Shown here: positions 35,101 to 46,069 of the stretch, piece after piece | Layout of the letters: each line of letters starts with the position of its first letter | How positions within the stretch are numbered: the first letter of the stretch is position 1 | Assembly: GCF_044704955.1 (NCBI RefSeq) | Contig: NC_091977.1 | Coordinates: 384,462,001 to 384,526,000 of the forward strand | Source of the DNA: Pristiophorus japonicus | Lineage: Eukaryota | Direction of reading: 5' to 3' | Length of the DNA: 64,000 nucleotides | Notes under the pieces: model-generated | Seen by the model: the letters and a program-made list of their open reading frames with translations, nothing else | Told to the model about the DNA's origin: nothing | The model's database searches: none | Position numbers and translations under genes: made by a program

Positions 35101-37848
35101 AGGCCAAGTCCCCATTAAATAGTGGGAGGACTCCCGCGTAGAGAGCACTCCATTGCGGACTTCCGCCTCCTCCGGACGGCAAGATGGTGCGCCATGGCTT
35201 GTCCGGACGGCAAACAAGGATGGCAAGGTGCAGAGTGTGCCCGCACAGGAAACCCCTCCGCGCAGAACTGAAAGGCATGGAGGGGATTTCCCCAAGGAGG
35301 CTCAAGTTGTGAGGTGCCGGTTTGCAAGAGGGTTTCGGGGCTTGGCGCCGATGAGAAATTCTGTCCGGACAGGCATCAGTTCAGACGGGATCTCCCCACA
35401 TGCTTGAGCCTCTTCGACACACCTAACAGAGTCAGGGCCCAGCGTTGTTTTTAGCGACTCGATGGCATTGGCTGCTAGCCGAACGCGGCCCAGTTTAGTC
35501 ACAGTGCCAGCAAGTCTGGCGCCATGCAACCCGCTCCTCCGCCATCGAGCAGGTCCCTGATCCTTGTCACCTCACCAGCCACAGCCCTCTCATCCACCTA
35601 CAACCTAAAACCGCGGTCGTGGAGGTACGGATTCCTGAGCAGCAGCTCCTGCACTACAGCCGCCTCTCCAGATGGGGGAGAGCTGCGCTTGGTGGCGACT
35701 CTGTTCCAGACCCTGATGAGTTCCTGGTAAAAGACAGGCAGACCCCGTATGGTGGTCCTGACACCCCCCCAGGCTCACAAACAGGAGCTGCGTGTCGTAA
35801 TTGAGGCTGTACTGCTGGCGGAAGAAATACATCGCCAGCGCACGCCACCTAGGAGGGGGCTCGACATAGAGGTATCTCTGCAGGGTCTGAAGATGGAAAG
35901 TTGCATGCTGGGTGCTGACACACACCAACGCCTGACTGCCCCCCCTAAGCGGGAGACTCAAAACCGCAGCAAAGACCCAGTGCTTCCTGCTGTTCCAGAA
36001 GAAGTCCACCAGCTTCTTCGGTATCATGGCGACAAACGCAGGGGGAGGGGTCAAAGTGACTCAACAGCTCTACAATTATTTTGTGTTGTATCAGTAATCA
36101 AGTGCCCCCTGATTAAAGGGAGGGGGGGACATACTCCAAAAAACTTTTCAAGTACCCCGTATTTTTTTCTTGAGGGCACTAAAAACACAAATTATACAAC
36201 TGCCCCCTTAGCTAAAAGGAGAAGGGGGCACAAAAACCGACAAGCATAGACAAATTAAACTTTGGACATGGTTCAAATTAAAATTTGGTTGCCGGGGGTG
36301 ATGATGTACTCCAGTCCCTCTGGCGTCCACATCTCGCAGAAGGCCGCGAGTGTACCGGTGGACACCGCATGTCAACAGCTCTACAACCATTTTATAGAAA
36401 AACAGTTAAACAATTAAATCAAGTGCCCCTCTTATGGTGGGGGGACACTCCAAACACTTTCAATCAAGTGCCCCCTTGTTTTTTGTTTGTTTTTTTTTGC
36501 TGGGAAGGTTTTGAGGGCACAAAAAACACAAATTATAAGAGTGCCTCCTGGATAAAAGGGGAGGGGACACACCAAAGACTTTTCAAGTGCCCCCTTTTTT
36601 TTTCTAGGGCAGTAAAAACACAAATTATACAAGTGCCCCCTGGCTAAAAGGGCGGGGCGCACTAAAACTGGCAATTAAACAAATTAAACTTTACACAATA
36701 ATAATCAAATTAAAATGTGGTTGCCAGGGGTGATGATGTACTCCAGTCCCTCCGGTGTCCACAGCTCGCAGAAGGCCACGAGCGTACCGGTGGACACCGC
36801 CTGTCAACAGCTCCACAACTCTTTTGATTGGAAACAGAAATAAACATTAGTTCAAGTGCCCCCCGATCTGGGGGACACTCCAAACACTTATCTTTATATT
36901 GGTTTTTTTGTATTTTTTGTGTTTTTTTTTGTTGTTTTCTTGTGGATTTTTTTGGGCCCTAAAACTGTAAATTTATAAGTGCCCCCTATAACAGGGGAGG
37001 GGGACACTAAAACCGGCAGTTAAAACAAATTAAACTTTAAAACATACTTCAAATTAAAATTTGGTTGCCGGGGGTAACGATGCACTCCAGTCCCTCCGGC
37101 GCCCATCTCTCGCGGAAGGCCGCGAGCCTAACGGTGGACACCGCGTGTCAACAGCTCCACAACTCTTTTGGGGGGGGGAACAAAATAAACGTTAGATCAA
37201 GTGCCCCCCGATCTGGGGGACACTCCAGACACTTAACTGTCCCTTTTTTTAAAAAATGTTTTTTGTTTCTTTTTTTTGTTTTTTTCTGGGTTTTTTTGTG
37301 ATTTTTTTGGGGGGGGCATTAAAACCATATATTTTACAAGTGCCCCCTATAAAAGGGGAAGGGCACACTAAAAATCCGGCAATTAAAGCAAATTAAACTT
37401 TAAAACATATAAAATCAAATTAAAATTTGGTTGCCGGGGGTAACAATGCACTCCAGTCCCTCCAGCGCCCACCTCTCGTGGAAGGCCGCGAGCGTACCTG
37501 TGGACACCGGTGTCAAACAGCTCCACAACTCTTTTTGGGGGAGACACATTAGATCGAGTGCCCCCCGATCTGGGGGAAACTCCAGACACTTTTAACTGCC
37601 CTCTTTTATTTGTGGGGTTTTTTTGGTGATTTTTTGGGGCATTAAAATCATATAATTTACAAGTGCCCCCTATAAAAGTGGAGGGGGACACTAAAACCCG
37701 GCAATTAAAATAAATTAAACTTTAAAACATAAAATCAAATTAAAATTTGGTTGCCGGGGGTGATGATGCACTCCAGTCCCTCCGGCGCCCACCTCTCGCG
37801 GAAGGCCGCAAGCGTACCGGTGGACACCGCGTGTCAACAGCTCCACAA
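32198..37848 (-). repeat. Head-to-tail array of 11 5'-truncated Tx1 3' ends separated by a recurring junction motif
   Basis: Units begin on the plus strand at ~32198, 32356, 32925, 33228, 34075, 34401, 36061, 36372, 36804, 37148 and 37513. Most carry the ORF2 C-terminus plus the 3' UTR. TCAACAGCTCYAYAA occurs at 9 junctions. Confidence 0.92.
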
Positions 37849-38742
37849 ACCTGTGAGCATGCTCATAGGTGCATATTATAGGTGATGGCCATGCTAGGTG
37901 CAATAGTAGGTCTGCCAGAGAGCTTCTTATCAGTGTCAAGGAGCATGGAGAAATCCAGCTCCATTATTGCATGGGGCTTTGCGCAGAGCTTGGAGGCCAT
38001 GATTTCCAAGAGGGAAGTGATGGGCTGACTCCATGAGAGACCGTGTAGACCCAGCCATGATGCTGCGTGTGATGGGCGATGTCGCAGCTTCCATTGCAGC
38101 ACAGGCGGAAGTGACCCAATGTGTAAGTGCTGCGATGGAAGCTCAGACTGCTACCATCGATGCTGGGTTTATGAATGTAGAAAGGGGTATGCAGGGTCTC
38201 ACAGCACTCGAGAAATCTGTCCCCCAACAGATGGCTAGGAATGCTGAGGTGCCGCTCCGGGGGAGTAGCAGTGGATCTGTGGAGCAAGAGCCTGCTGTCC
38301 TCTCTCAGGATGATGGCATGCCTACTTCCACCAGTGCCACTCCGCGAGTGCCCTTGCTGCTGCCTGTCATCCAGCCTGTCCAGGCTGCTGCCGCCCACGT
38401 TGAGGTGGTGCAGTTTACAACTGGGCTTTCTAGGCCCAGAGCTGCTTGACGTCATCCTGCAAGGCCATCTGCAGTGTCCCTCAATGAAGGTCAGCACCCT
38501 TCCGCTAGCCATGCCGCAGCCAATGGGGGAATAATTCGTAGGAGCACTTGAGTAGAAAAAGGAACACGAAAGACAGACACGAAGGGAATGCACAAGGGTG
38601 ATTCATTGACGTTGTTGTTTTGATTTGGATTTAATACATTTATAAATTATGTTTGTTTTGTGGTTGGTCTCATTTCAGCTTTGTGCCCAGGAGGATACTG
38701 CAATGTTCCATGACAGAAGGATTGTAAGATGACAGGATGATT

Positions 38743-41524
38743 AGGGCTGGGAAATCAACATCCAGGGGTATTCAACATTCAGGAAGGATAGAATAAAAGG
38801 AAAAGGAGGTGGGGTAGCATTGCTGGTTAAAGAGGAGATTAATGCAATAGTTAGGAAAGACATTAGCTTGGATGATGTGGAATCTATATGGGTAGAGCTG
38901 CAGAACACCAAAGGGCAAAAAACGTTAGTGGGAGTTGTGTACAGACCTCCAAACAGTAGTAGTGATGTTGGGGAGGGCATCAAACAGGAAATTAGGAGTG
39001 CATGCAATAAAGGTGCAGCAGTTATAATGGGTGACTATAATATGCACATAGATTGGGCTAGCCAAACTGGAAGCAATACGGTAGAGGAGGATTTCCTGGA
39101 GTGCATAAGGGATGGTTTTCTAGACCAATATGTCGAGGAACCAACTAGGGGGGAGGCCATCTTAGACTGGGTGTTGTGTAATGAGAGAGGATTAATTACC
39201 AATCTCATTGTGCGAGGCCCCTTGGGGAAGAGTGACCATAATATGGTGGAATTTTGCATTAGGATGGAGAATGAAACAGTTAATTCAGAAACCATGGTCC
39301 AGAACTTAAAGAAGGGTAACTTTGAAGGTATGAGGCGTGAATTGGCTAAGATAGATTGGCGAATGATACTTAAGGGGTTGACTGTGGATGGGCAATGGCA
39401 GACATTTAGAGACCGCATGGATGAATTACAACAATTGTACATTCCTGTCTGGCGTAAAAATAAAAAAGGGAAGGTGGCTCAACCGTGGTTATCTAGGGAA
39501 ATCAGGGATAGTATTAAAGCCAATGAAGTGGCATACAAATTGGCCAGAAATAGCAGCGAACCTGGGGACTGGGAGAAATTTAGAACTCAGCAGAGGAGGA
39601 CAAAGGGTTTGATTAGGGCAGGGAAAATGGAGTACGAGAAGAAGCTTGCAGGGAACATTAAGGCGGATTGCAAAAGTTTCTATAGGTATGTAAAGAGAAA
39701 AAGGTTAGTAAAGACAAACGTAGGTCCCCTGCAGTCAGAATCAGGGGAAGTCATAACGGGGAACAAAGAAATGGCAGACCAATTGAACAAGTACTTTGGT
39801 TCAGTATTCACTAGAGGACACAAACAACCTTCCGGATATAAAAGGGGTCAGAGGGTCTAGTAAGGAAGAGGAACTGAGGGAAATCCTTATTAGTTGGGAA
39901 ATTATGTTGGGGAAATTGATGGGATTGAAGGCCGATAAATCCCCAGTGCCTGATGGACTGCATTCCAGAGTACTTAAGGAGGTGGCCTTGGAAATAGCGG
40001 ATGCATTGACAGTCATTTTCCAACATTCCATTGACTCTGGATCAGTTACTATGGAGTGGAGGATAGCCAATGTAACCCCACTTTTTAAAAAAGGAGAGAG
40101 AGAGAAAGCAGGGAATTATAGACCGGTCAGCCTGACCTCAGTAGTGGGTAAAATGATGGAATCAATTATTAAGGATGTCATAGCAGCGCATTTGGAAAAT
40201 GGTGACACGATAGGTCCAAGTCAGCATGGATTTGTGAAAGGGAAATCATGCTTGACAAATCTTCTGGAATTTTTTGAGGATGTTTCCAGTAAAGTGGACA
40301 AAGGAGAACCAGTTGATGTGGTATATTTGGACTTTCAGAAGGCTTTCGACAAGGTCCCACACAGGAGATTAATGTGCAAAGTTAGAGCACATGGGATTGG
40401 GGTAGTGTGCTGATGTGGATTGAGAACTGGTTGTCAGACAGGAAGCAAAGAGTAGGAGTAAATGGGTACTTTTCAGAATGGCAGGCAGTGACTAGTGGGG
40501 TACCGCAGGGTTCTGTGCTGGGGCCCCAGCTGTTTACATTGTACATTAATGATTTAGATGAGGGGATTAAATGTAGTATCTCCAAATTTGCGGATGACAC
40601 TAAGTTGGGTGGCAGTGTGAGCTGCTAGGAGGATGCTATGAGGTTGCAGAGTGACTTGGATAGGTTAGGTGAGTGGGCAAATGCGTGGCAGATGAAGTAT
40701 AATGTGGATAAATGTGAGGTTATCCACTTTGGTGGTAAAAAGAGAGAGACAGACTATTATCTGAATGGTGACAGATTAGGAAAAGGGGAGGTGCAACGAG
40801 ACCTGGGTGTCATGGTACATCAGTCACTGAAGGTTGGCATGCAGGTACAGCAGGCGGTTAAGAAAGCAAATGGCATGTTGGCCTTCATAGCGAGGGGATT
40901 TGAGTACAGGGGCAGGGAGGTGTTGCTACAGTTGTACAGGGCCTTGGTGAGGCCACACCTGGAGTATTGTGTACAGTTTTGGTCTCCTAACTTGAGGAAG
41001 GACATTCTTGCTATTGAGGGAGTGCAGCGAAGGTTCACCAGACTGATTCCCGGGATGGTGGGACTGACCTATCAAGAAAGATTGGATCAACTGGGCTTGT
41101 ATTCACTGGAGTTCAGAAGAGTGAGAGGGGACCTCATAGAAACATTTAAAATTCTGACGGGTTTGGACAGGTTGGATGCAGGAAGAATGTTCCCAATGTT
41201 GGGGAAGTCCAGAACCAGGGGTCACAGTCTAAGGATAAGGGGTAAGCCATTTAGGACCGAGATGAGGAGAAACTTCTTCACCCAGAGAGTGGTGGACCGG
41301 TGGAATTCTCTACCACAGAAAATAGTTGAGGCCAATTCACTAAATATATTCAAAAGGGAGTTAGATGAAGTCCTTACTACTCGGGGGATCAAGGGGTATG
41401 GCAAGAAAGCAGGAATGGGGTACTGAAGTTTCATGTTCAGCCATGAACTCATTGAATGGCGGTGCAGGCTAGAAGGGCTGAATGGCCTGCTCCTACACCT
41501 ATTTTCTATGTTTCTATGTTTCTA
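38743..41524 (+). mobile_element. CR1 LINE, 2.8 kb, truncated in the endonuclease domain; ORF2 disrupted by frameshifts and a stop
   Basis: GVVYRPP, GDYN, SDHN and RT motifs, with a TTTCTATG tail. Near identical to 1-2111. Confidence 0.97.
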
Positions 41525-41559
41525 AGTGATGACCAACAGGGGTTTTTGGTTTTTCATTC

Positions 41560-41633
41560 ATTGGAATTGGAGTCTAATAAAATTCTCACAGACAGCCGGT
41601 CCAGAACGGGAATCTACTGCCTGCCTCCTCCCT

Positions 41634-41665
<32 letters not shown>

Positions 41666-42700
41666 CTCCTCCTGAGGTGGTCCCAGAACCCGTGGTGGCA
41701 AGAGATGCGCCCACATGATGGCCAAGTTTTGGAACATGCAGAAGACCACCATGAAATGGAACACCTGCTTCAGCATGTCCTGGAGGGTTCCCCTCGAGTG
41801 GGCAAGTCAGTGGAACCAGTGATTGAGTAACCCAATAGTCTGCTTGATGAGGTTCCACTCGGCAGCATGGCTCTCATCATATGATTGCTGGCCACAAGTA
41901 CAGGGATTGCAGAGGAGAGTCACTAGCCAGGTGCAGAGTGGATAGCTCTTGTCTCCGAGTAATCCTCTGGCTTAACGTGGTTGCTGGAAGATTGCTGGCA
42001 CACTGGACTGGAGTAGGATGAAGGCATCATGACTGCTGCCAGGATACCGGGTATTCACCACCATGCAACTGCACATTAAGAGAGTGGTAGCCATTGCAGT
42101 TGTGGTACATCTCAGGATTGACATGTGCCACCCACAAAGCCACGTGTGTGAAGTCAATGACGCCCTGCACCATGGGGAAGCCCGATATCCTGGCAAAGCC
42201 AAATGTGCACTCATCCTGCTTCTCCCTGTTCAGAGAGAAGACAATTAAATCTCTTCTCCTGGTGTACAGAGTCTTTGTGAACTCCCGGATGTAGGATAGA
42301 TGGTGAATTGGGAGATATTAGCTATGTTTCCTACTCCTGACTGTACGGATCCAGTGGTGAAAAAATTGAGGGTCACGGTGACCTTGGGGCCCACTGGCAG
42401 CGCATCTTCACCCTGCTCTGAGGCTGCAGGTCTGGTTGCAGGAGGTGGCAGAGTTATGTGGCCAGCTCCTTGGTGAAGCGGAGCCTCCTAATACACTGCT
42501 CCTAGCTTAGGTGCAGGTAGGAGAAGTGCTCTCTGAAGAACTGAGGGGGGTAAGGACTCCTGTTGAGAACCTTCCTGACCCTCCACCTCCTCCCTCTTTG
42601 TGCTACTTGTCCTCTTCTTTGCTGCCTCTACTTCACCCCCCTGCCATACTCGAGCGCGAGGAGGACTGCAAGTACAACCCCCATGACTGGGAGCAAGTGT
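41560..42700 (-). pseudogene. HARBI1-like transposase remnant
   Basis: RYPGSSHDAFIL, LGDKSYP, VVFCMFQNLAIM and a poly-E tail. Confidence 0.85.
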
Positions 42701-43493
42701 TCTGAGCAGATCCGTTGAAATCAGAAACAAGGCGTTCTCCACTTGCAGCAACACTCCCTGTCACCTCAGCAACTTTAAATAACTCTAGAAAGCTCCAAAC
42801 AGTTGCAGAAACTTACATGGAGCCAGTAGAAATGAAAAAGCAAATCAGCTGCAAGTTGCTGCTGGTCCCTTTAATTAGCATTGGTGGAGGGATCTTCCTG
42901 CTGCTGAACGCACGTTCAGCTTGTCGTGATTTGGAGAGGGTGGTAAAAAGTGTAGCAACGTCCAAAATGGCAGATCGTGCATCAAATCAGCATTTCACAC
43001 TCATTGACTTCACAATCTGCCCAATTTCCATTTCTGCAACAAGCATAAGCAAAGGCAGGGCTGCCAACCTGCCCAATATGGCAGCTACCACGGGACCTGA
43101 CAAAAGAGACAGGAAGTGAGGCAGCTGCCATTTTTTCTTCCAAACCAGCCTTAGCAAACGGTGCAAGTGGGTCTAATTTCCTGGCCTCAGTGTTAATGAA
43201 GAGCCAGTGTAACAGTTAGCTTTTTCCTAACCCTTGAAGTTGCTAAATATAGTCGACCAGGGATCTTCATACAACACATTACTAAAGTCTATATAACACA
43301 CTAGTTCAGCCCCAGCTGGAGTATTGTGTCCAATTCTGTGCACCACACTTTTGGAAGGACGTGAAGGTTTTGGAGGAGGTACAGAAGAGGTGTACTAGAA
43401 TGGTTCCAGAACTGAGGGATTACAGTTGCGTGGATAAACTGGAGAAGCTGTGGCTGTTCTCCTTAGAGCAAAAAAATAGAGATTTGATCGAGG

Positions 43494-44359
43494 TGTTAGA
43501 ATTTGCATTGGGTCAAGTGTCCCATGAAAGTTAATCACATCTCGAGGTCATTGTCAGAAAAGGATATTTATTAATATTGAATGTCAGCTGGAACAATGGA
43601 GAGGCAATGGATAGGCAGGCTAGTAATCACATTAACAATCTGGGATTGTCCAGGGCATCTCCTATTCCTTTGTAACATTAGGCAGGAAACATCAGATTAA
43701 ATTGATTAGCATCAGGGTCTGGAGGTTTGGTGAGAATGAACCTCACTTCAAAATACATTGTGGGCATCATGTGATATGGCTCACATTAAAGGGGAAGATC
43801 CTTTAAGGATTTATGGAAGGTCTTTTGGACATGTGACAGGAGTAAAGAGGGATACAAATGAATGGGTAGCAGCCATCGTGTAGTTAATGCTCACGGAACA
43901 GTCGAAGTCCAACACCTACAGAAACCAAGATTGATCACCTTGGGACTACAAGAAACTTGGTTGTATGAGTCTATTGTATAACGGTGGCAAGGATTAACCA
44001 AGACAAGGTCTCCAGTCGTCTTGGTTAATCCTTGCCACTGGAACAAGACCTAGCTCTGTCAAGCCCATGTGGTGGCTGGTGTGGTGGTCACCCCACATTA
44101 AAAAAATCCACGCTCAGGCATCTTCCACCCTTCAGGATGTAGTTCAGGATCTGGAATATTAGGTCCTTCATTGAAACACCTGTGAACTCATCCCTTTTTG
44201 GCATGGAAGCAAGTCATCCTCACTTCGTGGACTGCCTATGATGATGTATAACCGTAGTGGTTATTATACTATTGGTGTCTGAGTAATGAACTTACATTTG
44301 GATAATACGCTCGACAACCAGGAATCATTTAATTGAGTTTAAAGAGATTTCCCTATATA
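43494..44359. mobile_element. Possible solo LTR
   Basis: ~870-bp insert in CR1, starting TG, with flanks GAGG/AAGG. Confidence 0.45.
43983..44246 (+). mobile_element. RTE-dependent SINE or non-autonomous element with TSD
   Basis: 3' end GGAAGCAAGTCATCCTC...GACTGCCTATGATGATG matches the RTE 3' end. TSD TGTATAAC. Confidence 0.8.
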
Positions 44360-45407
44360 AAGGTGTTTAAAATCTGAAGAGCGTAGATATAGTAAATAAA
44401 GAGAACCTGTTTCCAATGCTGAAGGGTTGATAATCAGAGGACACAGATTTAAGGTGATTGGCAAAAAAAACAGAGGCGCCGTAAGGAAAAACTTTTTTAC
44501 GCAACAAGTGGTTAATTTGGAGTGCACTACCTGATTAGGTGGTGCATACAGATTAAATAGTAGTCTTCATAAAGGAATTGGATAAATATTTGCAGGGATA
44601 TGGGGAAAGAGTAGCGGAATGGGATTAACTGGATTGCTCTTCGAATGGCTGTACTATTCTATGATTCTATGACTTTAATAAAAGCCTGTGGCTCTGCCAA
44701 TGATGCCCATGATGGGTCCAGCTGGTGGTTGAACAGTGCCTCTCCTGAAAGCATCTGTGAGGAGACCTTTGGGCAATTCACTGCATCTGCAATGGAACCA
44801 CTATGATCTGTATGGTTTTGGCTAGCTATAATGGTGTTTAGGAACTTTTGTTTCATTCAAATGGCTGCTCACCAACAAGTAATTGCTAATGGAAAACTGT
44901 TCCCTTGGCAAATACAATTACAGTATAAACAAGTTAGCGACCAGTGCCAGTTTCAGATATTTCATCAAGTTCTGCCCGAGGCAATAAATTATGAATCCTG
45001 CAATAAGGCAAGTAATCGCAGTCCAGCCTTATACTTGGCACTTGACGTTCTCTTGATGGATTGTAGTGGAAAGGAGCACACACAACAGACCAGAAACTGA
45101 GCCACAAAATTACATCAGCCATATGTGACCTCATTTCTCTAAAAACCAGGCTAACAAATATCCTTTCCAAATCTGCCTTCAAAGGAAATTGACTTTCTAT
45201 TGTTGGTGCATCATTTCTTTTCATGAAATCAAAGTACTGTATTTAAGATAAAAGAAAATGTCGTGCTACATTTTGTATGATAAAGTATCATGTTTTCTTG
45301 AAACTGACGCACTGTAAATGCAATATTACAATAGTATATTCTACCTGTAACTATACCATTTTTAAGAATCACAATTGCATCAGATGAGAAGGCAGACCTA
45401 GGTTTGG

Positions 45408-45705
45408 AGAACCCTCATGATTATATTACCCCAGACTCGACTATTCTAATGCTTTCCTGGCCAGCCTCCCAGTTTCCAACCTCCATAAACTTGAGCTCAC
45501 CAAAACTCTGCTGACCATATCTTAACTTGAAACAAGTTCTGCTCAGCCTTCACCCTTGCGCTTGCTGACTAATTGGCTCCCAATCCACCAATGTCTCAAT
45601 TTTAAAATTCTCAGCCTGGCTTTCAAATCCCTCCATCGCCTTGCCCCTTCCTATCTCTGTAATCTGCCCTACAACCCATGAGAACTCTGCGTTCTTCTGA
45701 TTCAA
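45408..45705 (+). mobile_element. L2 fragment
   Basis: RLDYSNAFLASL-like sequence, similar to the other L2 copies. Confidence 0.75.
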
Positions 45706-45892
45706 TACAACCCAAACAGAGTTTCATGCAGAATGGTAGTGTGTTGCATGCTACACAACCTTGCAATGCAAAGAGGATTGCACATGGAGGAGGACCAGCA
45801 AGAGGAACATTGATCATCTGACAAGGACGACTTTGGAGAAGGCTAAGAAGGAACAGAGGAAGGAGGGTCATTACAACCACATGCAGCCAAAG

Positions 45893-46069
45893 ATGACTTC
45901 ATTGGATATATTCAAGAGGGAATTAGATATGGCCCTTACGACTAAGGGGATCAAGGGGTATGGAGAGAAAGCAGGAAAGGGGTATTGAGGGAATGATCAG
46001 CCATGATCTTATTGCATGGTGGTGCAGGCTCAAAGGGCCGAATGGCCTACTCCTGCACCTATTTTCTAT
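45893..46069 (+). mobile_element. CR1 3' fragment
   Basis: SLDIFKRELD..GIKGYGEKAG followed by the CR1 3' UTR. Confidence 0.85.

Larger units (their letters stand above)
37849..43188. mobile_element. Harbinger transposon remnant (left part missing), with CR1 insertion
   Basis: Accessory-gene C-terminus on + (37850-38590; VDPAMMLRVMGDVAASIAAQA, compare 13280-13340). Transposase on - (41560-42700). TIR-like AATTTCCTGGCCTC end. Confidence 0.8.
43300..44675 (+). mobile_element. Old CR1 3' fragment split by an LTR-like insertion
   Basis: RPQLEYCVQF-like sequence at 43305-43493 resumes at 44360. Ends TTCTATGATTCTATG. Confidence 0.75.

Noticed and set aside
32198-37848. CRISPR-like array
   Set aside because: The units are retrotransposon 3' ends of 150-1660 bp in eukaryotic DNA, and there are no cas genes. 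The resemblance is only an analogy.
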